Below are positions 1 to 10,295 of a stretch of 33,762 nucleotides of DNA, in pieces (the stretch's first letter is position 1; every line of letters starts with the position of its first letter). Below the pieces are notes generated by a model. The model saw only the letters and a list, made by a program, of their open reading frames with translations. It made no database searches and was not told the origin of the DNA. The position numbers were made by a program, and so were the translations under genes. Origin of the DNA: Perkinsus olseni (taxonomy: Eukaryota); the NCBI GenBank assembly GCA_013115125.1, contig JABANN010000382.1, positions 1 to 33,762 of the forward strand. Reading direction: 5' to 3'.

Positions 1-1
1 G

Positions 2-69
<68 letters not shown>

Positions 70-70
70 G
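1..70. repeat. (GTT)n microsatellite, about 23 units, inside an intron of the leftmost minus-strand gene
   Basis: Perfect GTT run from base 1 to 70. A minus-strand GT donor (gtaatag) lies immediately beside it at 77. Confidence 0.98.
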
Positions 71-77
71 CTATTAC

Positions 78-1115
78 CTTGATCGAATACTCTCGTCATC
101 ATCGCTAAAACTGCTGTACTCTCCAACACTAAGGGCGGGCTCTGACAACGAATGATGCCCTTCCTTCTCCTCCTCTACCGGTAGCGGCTTCTCCTTCTTC
201 TTTGTTTCCCTGAATATTGACGGCCATTACAAGGAACCAGGCGCGTGTGGTACTAAGTTACCTTTCGCCCTCAGGGGGATTATTCGGCTGCTGATTACTC
301 GCCTGTCCATCCGACCCCTCGCTTTTTGATGCAGCAGTAGTAGTATTATCATCCGATAATATGAACCCTACTGCCTTCTCTGTTACATCGAGTGCTGCTT
401 CGGTAGTATCAAGTAAACGATCAGACCACGATAAACCTCTGAAGAGGAGAGGACAACTACTACCATCACTAACACCATCACGAACGCTATCCCGATATTA
501 CTTATTCACGAGATTCTGTTTTAAGTTCCACAACACTCCACCGTCATCGTCTTCTTCGTCCCCATTCCCTAGACCACCATCATTACTACTACCCCCTCCT
601 TGTTGTTGATGTCGTCGTCTTTGCCTCTCTCTGTCTTGCTCCGTAGTATCATAGTCTGGTGATCCCCCACAAGTACTGCCACCATCATTTATATTATCAC
701 AATCCATTATAACACTGGAGTAAGTATCCGGTAGTACTATTGTTGAGCCATTATGATGATGATGAGCACCATCATAGGTAGTAAGACCTTTCTCTTCGTC
801 ATCAACAGCCCCAAGTTCGAATGGCTCTAAACTCGTTGAAGGAGTGCCGCTGTCGTCCAACAACATACTTTCATCTTCATCATCATTAGCTTCGTCAACT
901 CGTGGGGCAAGCCGTAATGACTGTTGTGTTCTTCTTGCTGTTGTTGTTTCCGTTGTTGCTGCTTTCCCGGTAGAGTGACCCTCCTGGAGGTCTGTGGTGT
1001 ACTCAGCAGCATCACGGAATTCACCATCTACCGATGATGACGACGACCGACCTGCTGCTGCTGTTGTTGATGATGAGGATGACGATGAACTGGACTTGTT
1101 TAGCCCCCAAGTCAT
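78..1115 (-). CDS. Hypothetical low-complexity acidic/Ser-rich protein, 5' part; gene runs off the left end
   Basis: 205-aa ORF 498..1115 continues through GT-AG introns into exons near 439-261 and 210-78. No family motif recognised. Confidence 0.6.
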
Positions 1116-1355
1116 TAATACAACGAATCCAGGAGATACTACTCATGAGGAATCAACAATCAGAGGGTCCACCTCTGTCATCATCACCATACTCTAAGTA
1201 TACAGCAGCCAGGGAAACGACCGCCGAAACAGCCCGTGGGTAAGGCGATTTCTACGGCACATGCCCGCTAGGACGATCATGCTGAAATCGTTGAGCCAGT
1301 GTACGAGCCTCAACTCAACTCGGAGGGGAACAAATTATTTTATTCCTGTAATAAA

Positions 1356-1434
1356 TGCTATATGCCGGGTTTGAACCGGGGCGAGTCACTGCGCAAGCTT
1401 CATATGCATGGAGTACCATATTGAGCTGAACAGT
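1356..1434 (-). ncRNA. Degenerate tRNA-like sequence (tRNA pseudogene or tRNA-derived SINE head)
   Basis: Minus strand reads CTGTTCAGCTCAATATGGTA (A-box-like) ... CCGG-TTCAAAC-CCGG (T-arm, B box GGTTCAAACCC) ... ATATAGCA over about 79 nt. Acceptor and D stems pair poorly. Confidence 0.35.
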
Positions 1435-1483
1435 GTCTTGCTGGGCTCGTGGTGAAGATGCCTACTCCAGTACAATACAGTCA

Positions 1484-3290
1484 ATGGTATCTACTCCTGA
1501 GGCATCCCCTACCATGGTGTCATCATCATCGTTAGCAGTACATCAACAGCAGGAGTCATCGAGGTCGCCAATGGTTTATATATTTATTAATCCAACTAGT
1601 GGTAGTAATAGGGCATCCGAGTATCTAACTCTAGGCTTACAACATATGAGATTTCGAGATAATACCTGTGATGTAATATTACTATCTTACCGGGCTTACC
1701 ATTACCAATCTTATATACCTACAGGTATATATATTTGATATTAGTGATGGTGTATCGGGGTCTAAGCCGGCTTTCGTCCAGCTAGCTGCCCATGGTAACA
1801 CTAGAGATGCCTCCCACCCTATCAGAGTCCTCGTTGCCGGCGGGGATGGTACTATTATGTGGTTTCTCGACGAGGTGAGTGCAATGCTTGTACGACTTGA
1901 TATTGCTGGGGTCCTCAGGCTATCAAGCATAGCGTTGATATAGACTCTATCGCTATTGGGGTGATACCATTCGGTAGGTATCAGAGTGTACTGTATGGTT
2001 GACTGTACCGTAGGTACTGCTAACGACTTCTCGAGGACCTTAGGATGGGGTGCCCAAGCTTCTAGGGTCCTACTAGGTAAACGGCTGAGTAACCTGAAAG
2101 ACATGCTTGCACAATGGCTCGATGCATCTATAGTACCTTACGATATATGGGAGGTGATGATACCGTTAGGGTTGGGGTGATCGGCCCTCATACCGATCAG
2201 GTGGAGATCTCCTGTACTGCTAGTGGATCTATTCAACAAGTTAAGAAATCTGTTAAGACACCCTTGAGGAATGAAGGTGGAGAGGTAACAACAATACACG
2301 ACTGTTTGGTACAACGAATGAGCGTGGAATCTCTAAATCATTCATTACTCGTCTCATCACTCGTTTGTTATTAATGTAGATACTCCACCATTTAGTGAAA
2401 CCAATTTGTAATTACTTCAGCGTCGGTGTTGAGTCCAGGATAGGTCTTGGATTTGACAAGCACCGCACCAAGAGTCAGTTGCTTAATAAAGCTGTGTACG
2501 TCATGTTGACTCCATCTGTATCATTGCTTGACTCTTGCAAGATACGTGATAGAAGGTACTAAGAAGATCACTTTCACTCACACTCCTAGGATATCTAGTC
2601 TGTTTAATTGTGCAACTACCACTGCCGACACGGGAAAGGATCATATCATATTTACTACCGACCCGACAAAAGAGACTTGCTGTCTGATTGGTAATATACC
2701 ACTACTACGTGTGGGGGGGGGAGGCTAATGGAACGGTACTGCTATACGATACAGGTAGGCCGGTTAGCATCGTAATGCTCAACATACCATCTATAATGGG
2801 TGGTTGTGATGTATGGTCTAAGGCTAAGAGAGTGGGTGTTGAGTGCGGTATCAACAGTCATGGTGGATCATCGTCCGGTCCCGATATACTTGGCAAGCTA
2901 CAGGTAGTGAGTGTGAATATCGCGCTCGTATGCCACTAGCAGGACCCTGGTGATGGTAAACTCGAGCTGATGTCTTATGATGCGCTTGTTGGGTTATCGG
3001 CAGAGCAGCTTCGTATAGCACCGTTCGCTGGTAATGGTCAGCGGCTGTATCAGGTAGTAGGTAATCACATCTCTATACCCCTGTATGTATTGTTAGGGTG
3101 GGGGCCCGGTAGTACTCCATTTCAAGTCTCTTGGTGATAGTATCCGTACCTACTTCCAAATCGATGGGGAGTACTTCATGTGCAAGCATCCAGACACTAT
3201 CACAATACGGTAGTGTACTGCAGTAGTTTATGTATCATCGTAAGGGATCGTGCCAGGCATCAGAGGAAGATACATGTCTTAAGACGATGA
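1484..3290 (+). CDS. Diacylglycerol kinase family protein, copy A (catalytic + accessory domain; no C1 domain, no signal peptide), multi-exon
   Basis: Spliced motifs YIFINPTSG, VAGGDGT, GTANDFSRTLGWG, CNYFSVGVES, NIPSIMGG, GDGKLEL, FQIDGEY. ATG 1484, TGA 3288-3290. Confidence 0.92.
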
Positions 3291-3541
3291 GGCGAGATAA
3301 TAGAAGTGGAGCCTCCACGATAGAATAGATGCTTCGGTCGCAGCCGTTGGTAGCAAAATCAAGGTTTTCAGCCCTTGTTATCTGCGACTTCTCTGACCAT
3401 GTTTTCTTGCTTTCTTGAGCGTTTCTATACGAGGTCTCAATACTCTCAGAGAGTATAGTTGTGAACTGTAAAAGAAGTGGTGCCGTTGATAAATTCTCAG
3501 TGTTTTGAATCGTCTCTTGCCACCGACTACCAGATGACCGC

Positions 3542-3930
3542 GGCTTTAGAACGTGGCTTAAACGATGGTTATCGGCAGACGTTGAGAAATATGATATATG
3601 GAAGGTAGTGGCAGTGATGGTAGGGCAGCGGCTGCTGCTGTCATTTTGTGGCTACGACAGGTAGAAGTGAAACTGCAAGATGATGATGGGTTTATATACC
3701 AACTTAAGAATGGTGAGAAGGCGCCTCTTACGAAGGTAGAGGTAGGCTTCTGGTCACAGCGCCCCGAGAGTAGGCGTGCTCCGTTTAGGGCAATGCAACC
3801 GATAGGACCCTCAAGACCCTCGCTAAGCCGATGTGTAACTACTTCTCGACTGGTGTGGAGTCCAGGCTTAGATTGGGGTTCGATAGAAACAGGAAGAAAC
3901 ACCAATTTGCTTACAAGCTATTGTGAGGAT
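3542..3930 (+). pseudogene. Orphan internal fragment of DGK copy C (partial exons plus introns)
   Basis: Collinear with 11027..11422 including intron sequence, with scattered substitutions and a 6-nt deletion. No upstream or downstream DGK exons flank it. Confidence 0.88.
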
Positions 3931-4503
3931 GGTGAGTGCAGTCCGGTCGGTAGAATTATCCAATTACAATTGCGTTGGCCTACGGTGAGTTGAGGGACAC
4001 CAGTTGGTGAAGAATTTGCGGCTCCCCCTCGTGATTTGTACATTAGTGGTTAAATGTTAAATCTGCTACTTAAAAAATCTTCCCCATCGAGTTGTAAAAG
4101 TTGAGCATAGGAGTATTCTGTTCGGTGGCGTGCGAGGTCACTGAGGTTTTCCACGTCGCCATAGGCCGGAATATACCATCACAATTGCCTGTCATCGGCG
4201 GAATACGGACAAGTGTGAAGATAGACCGAACGAGTGGGCGTAGTCGGCTGTGGCTATGCTTTCATTCCCTCCCTGCTTGGGCTCTTCTTCGAGACCTCTC
4301 GCCCTCTGGGAGTTCGCATCCACTTCTGTACCCGAATGAGCACAAGTTACAGAAGTCTGGTTAGGCCAGGCTAAGTGATGGCGACTGATGGATAATGATA
4401 CCATGTCTTTCAGTGAATCAAGCCATAGTCTTTCTGGTATTGACGAACGTGTCGTTTGGACACGAAAGTCTCTGTTTCGCTATAAGCACTGACGAAGTAG
4501 CAC

Positions 4504-4532
4504 GCGGTGACTCTGACGGTCAGAGTGACCGC
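4504..4532. repeat. Near-perfect palindrome, 14-bp arms with one mismatch and a 1-nt centre
   Basis: gcggtgactctgac-g-gtcagagtgaccgc. Confidence 0.9.
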
Positions 4533-4583
4533 AAAAATTGAAATGGAGTAATAAATTATTACTGTTACTCACGACAACAGACT

Positions 4584-4650
4584 CGCGACTGTTAGTATGT
4601 TCATCATCAATTATTACTAATAATTGATGATGAACATACTAACAGTCGCG
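4584..4650. repeat. Perfect 67-bp palindrome, 33-bp arms around a single C at 4617
   Basis: cgcgactgttagtatgttcatcatcaattatta-c-taataattgatgatgaacatactaacagtcgcg. It starts 13 nt past the stop of the 281-aa minus-strand gene. Confidence 0.98.
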
Positions 4651-4663
4651 GCTAAAGTATTGC

Positions 4664-5509
4664 TCAAATAACCGTGAGGTATATGGGTTTACCTTCAACC
4701 TCAGTCATCGCCGTGTTCTGGGTTGTATGCATCACGTATGTCAAGTCATTGGGCTCCAGATTTTTACCACAAACTCGACTTATGTCATGCTTGTATTCCT
4801 CCCACTCATCAGATCTATAACCACCACCGTCACCAATGCGGTAGATCACAGAGGGGAAATAAGTCTCATCACGGTCCATGTCCATATCATCGTCATACAT
4901 TGTCAATCTAGCTCTACCGCATCTCGTGATAGGATCCAGAGACGCGTAAAAGACTACAGGCAAGGTCGATTCAGCAAGGTTCGACCAGATAGGTTCCAGG
5001 GCTCGACGGTAAGTGGTTACAATCCAGTCCATCTGAATGTCACTAGAGCGATAACGGTATAGGGTCGCATACTCGGTGTCAACCCTTTTGATGACCATCG
5101 TTCGACCCGCCACAGTAGTTGTTATAGTATCATCAGGGTTATACTCGAATACTGAGAGGTCATCTTTGGCCATGACACCGTAACATGCTTCCTCAACCTG
5201 AGCGTACACGCTAAGCGTAGAGTTGCCCGCACCACCGTTGTAGTCGATTATGTAGTCATTTGATCCAGGCGGCTTGGCCATTGCAGCGAACGGACCGGCG
5301 GCGCCAAGCATGTATGTATCACACGGACGGCAAGACCTACATCCGAATATCACGTCGACAGTTATGTCATCGCTCCTCCTGGCATCCTCGTTCACCACGA
5401 ACACCAAGTGAAATGTTAAGTCGCCAATAGCCGCGAATTTGCCAACCAATCGAGCGTTCACCAAAGGGAAGAGTACAAGCGTGGCCAGCCAGGTGAGGAT
5501 GGTGTACAT
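4664..5509 (-). CDS. Intronless secreted hypothetical protein, 281 aa, with two tandem homologous domains
   Basis: Clean ORF with signal peptide MYTILTWLATLVLFPLVNA. The two halves end similarly: C..DDLSVFEYNPDDTITTTVAGRTMVIKRV and C..NDLTYVMHTTQNTAMTEVEGKPIYLTVI. Confidence 0.85.
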   Translation of the reverse strand: MYTILTWLATLVLFPLVNARLVGKFAAIGDLTFHLVFVVNEDARRSDDITVDVIFGCRSCRPCDTYMLGAAGPFAAMAKPPGSNDYIIDYNGGAGNSTLSVYAQVEEACYGVMAKDDLSVFEYNPDDTITTTVAGRTMVIKRVDTEYATLYRYRSSDIQMDWIVTTYRRALEPIWSNLAESTLPVVFYASLDPITRCGRARLTMYDDDMDMDRDETYFPSVIYRIGDGGGYRSDEWEEYKHDISRVCGKNLEPNDLTYVMHTTQNTAMTEVEGKPIYLTVI

Positions 5510-5899
5510 TTGATGAAAAGGTGAATGTCAAAGGGACTACTCATGATGTGCGTTATGGTTGTTAAACTCGACGCCGACTACAGGACAGAAGCTACGAACG
5601 ATGTGAGGGAAAGGGATACTAGGTATCTCGCTTCAAGTCTGCTCTTCGGCTAAATGGCTATCGATCGCGGCACGCTATGCAAGCTCTTTCGTGCGCATGA
5701 ACTCGGCGTCACTTGTCGCTGCCATTGAGCGGCGCCATGATGAAGCTCTCACAAGATGTTCGATAGAGGAACCAATGCCATGATTGTTGCTCATTGCACA
5801 TAGCAGTATGCACCTCAAGCTTGGTCTCTCCCATTCGGGAGGGCTCATATAATGAAGATATTCATGATGAGTTAGCGGGAAGACAACACGTAGACAGGG

Positions 5900-6700
5900 G
5901 GACATCACTTAGACAGTGAAGAGGCAGCGGAGCTTAGCTCTTCAGCGATTGAGATACCGTTTTTGATGGTTAACAACGAGAACTTCCGGGTCCACTCGCC
6001 GCAAGATATGGCTAGTGGGCCCCAGTCCAGCGTTAGGTTCGAGCTTGGTGATGAGAGCTCACACATAACATATGTGGCATAAGCCGATAGCAGAAGATGT
6101 ATGTAAAGCTGCAAAACGAGACATCCCCGTCAGCGTCACGTGGCACCCCAGTGATAGTTGGTAGCACACTGGCTACAGCAATGACTGAACTCTTTCTGGG
6201 TCGTGGCTCAGTTGTGTGGAGTGCGCAGGTTATGGGCTGCCGTGCGCAATGGCGACGGAGTAAATGAGTGTGCGTAAACCAGGCCTGAATTACTATCTTA
6301 AGTTTGTGCGACAAGCTGGTGGGGATTGAAATAGATTTAGTATTCCAAGAAGGGAGTTCTCCAAGAAGTCGTTGAGGTGTTTACCTCAGAGGACACCACT
6401 CTGCTAGAATGCTTAATGCATTGTCAACGTGTGCGAGCTGGCGAGCCGTACACATTCGGGTGTAACTATCCAGGCCGACACTCTACCGATGATCAAAAGA
6501 CGGCCATCCTAACAACAAAAGTTGCCGCCTGAACAGCTGGCAACATGGCAGGTAAGTCATGGCTGGCACGATTTATGCTGGATAAAATCATCGAGTGTGA
6601 TAGTATCTGTAGACTAAGCCTGGTTACCAGATGGTTGGGGAATGACAGGTCAGCAAGGAGCCCAGAGGTAGACAGATGTAGATGCTTCAGGCCCCAGTAA
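5900..6700 (+). pseudogene. Possible decayed intronless coding sequence of unknown family
   Basis: Long protein-like plus-strand stretches (HLDSEEAAELSSSAIEIPFLMVNNENF; VLQEVVEVFTSEDTTLLECLMHC; WLARFMLDKIIECDSICRL) broken by isolated stops and frameshifts. Confidence 0.3.
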
Positions 6701-6910
6701 AATACAGTCAATGGTGTCTACTCCTGAGGCATCCCCTACCGTCGTGTCACCATCATCGTTATCAGTACATCAACAACAGTCATCGACGTCTCCAATGGTA
6801 TATATATTTATTAATCCTACTAGTGGTAGTAATAGGGCATCCGAGTATCTAACTCTAGGCTTACAACATATGAGCTTCCGAGATAATACCTGTGATGTAA
6901 TATTACTATC
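6680..6910 (+). pseudogene. Duplicated first exon and intron start of DGK copy A
   Basis: Near-identical to about 1456..1686 (MVSTPEASPT...YIFINPTSGSNRASEYLTLGLQHM). Similarity stops about 14 nt into intron 1. Confidence 0.9.
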
Positions 6911-7551
6911 ACCGGACTATCCATCGCCTTCCTTACAGCCTGTAAGTTACAGGATAGGGCTCACTATCGTCGAGACCAGGCGAGCTTCTCTGTCGTTCTT
7001 CACCAAGAGAATTGACCACGGCAACTACTATATTGCTACCTTCATGAGCCTACTCGCCCTTTTTGCATACCATACTCCATCCTAAGAGATCTACTGTAAC
7101 TGTTTCCCAAGAAGTCTTTGTTGATATTGTTGTTGCCGCAATTGCTCATTATGATAGTTGTTTGATTACTTTACTATCAGTGTTACTATAACCTCGATGA
7201 ACTCTTCATCAGTAGCAGTGGTCTACTGCTGTCGACCCAAGTCACTACAAGGTGCAAGCGTGACGTGACATGAGTTGAGGGTTCTCGCGTGCTGTTGGTG
7301 GCGATGTCACGTCACTCTCATGAGGCAGGACATAAAAGACCGTCTCAAGGTTGGTCAGGCCTTAGGACCTGCCCATTGTGATATAGCGTTTGTTGTAGAT
7401 CTCTGCAGCACGTTTTGTCCTTTCGGGCATGATTTCCTTTCATGCTTGTCGTTCTGTCGGGCTCGGTAGGGATACTCACCCACCAAGCCACGACTCGCCG
7501 TCGTCTATCAAGGGTTGGCGCCGCCCACAGAAGAGTATATCCATACCCATT

Positions 7552-9902
7552 ATGTTCCTGACTTATTCCTTATTCATACTACTGCTACTACTACCACAAT
7601 GCAGGGCTATCCCTGACATCATCAGCAGTCATACTGATCGCGATGCTACCTACCATCGTCAGCTGTCTAAGAGGCATCATGTGGTGGGTACACAGATCAT
7701 ACTAATACTATCATTATGCCCATCAGGTGCCGCATATCCCATCGAACAGGACATATATATTCGTCAACCCCAAGTCTGGTGGACGTAAGGCTGGTGATAT
7801 ACTCCATCTACCCAATCCTTATGTATATAAAGGGATAGCTGTAGGTGTCCTACTACTACTAAGGATCCTGCTTCCTCATCACCTCCACTGCTGCAGGTTT
7901 ATCATCTCAATGTTTCTGGTACCCTACGAGAGGATAAAAGCGCCTTAAAGGCATTCCGTCGGGACGTATCAAAGACTCCCGAAAACGTTTTTACTAGAGT
8001 CCTGGCAGCAGGAGGGGATGGGACTGTGATGGGCTGCGTCAATCTGGTACCACTTGCCAGTTGTCTAGCCATCACTGATGATGCGTGTCTTGACTCCTCA
8101 GCTCAGAAAGGAAGGAGTTGACTTGCATAAGGTTGTCATAGGCCATATACCGTATGGGACTGGCAACGACTTTGCTAGGTAGTAGTACTTCTCACACTTG
8201 TACTGCTGATTCTTAATAGTGTATCCTGTCAGGGTAACAGGATGGGGAGTGAAGGCACCAAGTATTCCAGGCCATAACAACAAGGGTATCAATGATCTCA
8301 TCGAACAATGGCTTCAAGCTGAAATATCGGACTTTGACCTTTGGCGGGTACAGTGGGGGTGCTCTGGGGATTCAGTGCCTAGGCTGATTCGCTACCATGG
8401 CCACCACCACCACCACCACCATCATACTAGTCGTCTGATTATTCGTCTCTCCTCTTCTATTCCACGGGGCTGTCCAAAAAAGGTCCACCTAAGGGTCCAA
8501 TGACAGAGAGATATTTCGCAGAATTTGCATAGTGCAGTTGCACTCTTTGCAGATATACATTATGACTATTGTATTCCGTTATTTCTGCTTTAGGTTGCTT
8601 TCACAGTACATAAGACGTATGGTAGTTTCTGGAATGTCATTAACAGGATGGACTCCATGCTTACTCGTAAAGTAATAGCGATAATAGTCATCATTAGTGT
8701 GGGGCATAGTACCAATAAGCAGCAGCCACTCAACATCATGGTCGTGATGAATTCCTGTAGGGAAGGAAGGCCATAGCCAAGATTGATGTTCCTATGATGA
8801 ACTATTTCTCGATGGGGTTAGAGTCCAAGATTGGTCGAGATTTCGAGAGACGCCGCGGACAAAGCCAGTTCTGGAATAAACTGCGGTAGTATCTGCTAGG
8901 GTTGAGAAGTGTGCCGCCTTGCTGTGCGATGACTGTGCAATGACAGGTACGGATGGGAAGCATTGCGTCAGATAGGTAAAGAGGTACCCACAGTTAAGGA
9001 TTATCTCTCCAATGTTACGGTAATACAGGAGGATGAGGACAGAGGAGTTATAACTCTCGGGCTTTTGAAGGCATGGCGGCTGTGAAGACTCGTTATGCTA
9101 ATCACCAGCTATATCATTAATAGTTATGCACTATGATCAGGAAACCTCAACCAATGAGCTAATCTTCCATACTGCTTACTGTGAGGGACAATCTGGTCAC
9201 CACGATGAGGATGGTGATGACGACGATGATGATGAGGCTCCTAAGGGAGAGCGTAACCGAATTCTGAGGGGCCGGGGAGATAAAGGCATCCCTGACGATA
9301 AGGCTTGCAGTCTCCCCGCCGACCGACTTCTCTATGGTAATCATACCAGGGACACCAGGGCTGTACGACCTCACATGTTCGCTCATGTTACTCAGATGAT
9401 GCTGTATCCCTAGACGTCTTGAACATACCCTCTTTCGCTGGTGGCAATGATATCTGGTCTAGGGCTGATCATTGGTGGAATAGACCAGCTGTTAGTGGTC
9501 GAGGAAAAGTACCACGATTAGCATTGGGGTAGTTGATGTAGGCTCATGCTCAGGATAAACTGAAGGGAGCAGGCAGCTTCAGTGACGGTAAATTGGAACT
9601 CCTCACATACAAGGACATGCTCAGCTTTTACCTTGATGTGGGCCGGCGTCACTGCTGCGATGCTACCGCTAGATTGGAGCTGGCTGATCATGGTTCAGGT
9701 CGCTTTCAAGATCGGCAATGCACGAAGGTTGTATCAAGGTTCAGGGCCCTTCGAGTTCAACTTCAAGAAGAGCACACCTACCAAACGGTATTATACCTAC
9801 ATGCAGGTTGATGGGGAATATTTTAAAGTTTTCAACCCGGACAAGGCCGTAGTGAAATTCGATCAGAAAATACGGGTGATGCTTGGGAAGCAAAAGGCGT
9901 GA
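7552..9902 (+). CDS. Diacylglycerol kinase family protein, copy B, with N-terminal signal peptide, multi-exon
   Basis: Leader MFLTYSLFILLLLLPQCRA. Motifs YIFVNPKSGG, AAGGDGT, PYGTGNDFAR, MNYFSMGLES, NIPSFAGG, SDGKLEL, MQVDGEY. TGA at 9902. Confidence 0.92.
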
Positions 9903-10295
9903 AGGGCTGCTACTAACAGTAGGAGAGAGATGATGGCTGCTTTCCGAATCCGTGGTCAGATCATAATCATCCTATTGTCTCGCAGCGTGACTCACCCTGC
10001 GTAAACTTTCAAAATTTGGAATTCTCTAACCACTGGCACCAGACTTATTCATTTTTTCATCATTGACATCATCCTCTGGCTTGGTGCTTCCACTCTGAGG
10101 TTTATATCTCCATAATCCTTCATCAGTAGTACTGGCAGCATCGCAGTTGACCCTTTCCAGTTGCAACGCTGAGAATATTGTGTTGTTGGCAGTTGACAGG
10201 ACTACGTGAAGAATGCCACTAATCTACCATCAATCGCCCCATGAAGCGCTTGCTATTTCACAGTGTTTTTCATCGTCTCTCGCCACGACCATCAC

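Noticed and set aside
6540-6700. Retrotransposon RNase H remnant
   Set aside because: Only a vague resemblance. No RT, integrase or LTR evidence nearby.
6711-7085. 124-aa ORF as a functional chimeric gene
   Set aside because: It is the duplicated DGK-A exon 1 reading through its intron donor into spacer DNA, with no further kinase motifs.
7552-7750. DGK leaders as bipartite plastid-targeting peptides
   Set aside because: The post-signal segments are short and contain several acidic residues, unlike typical transit peptides. Not fully excluded without localisation data.
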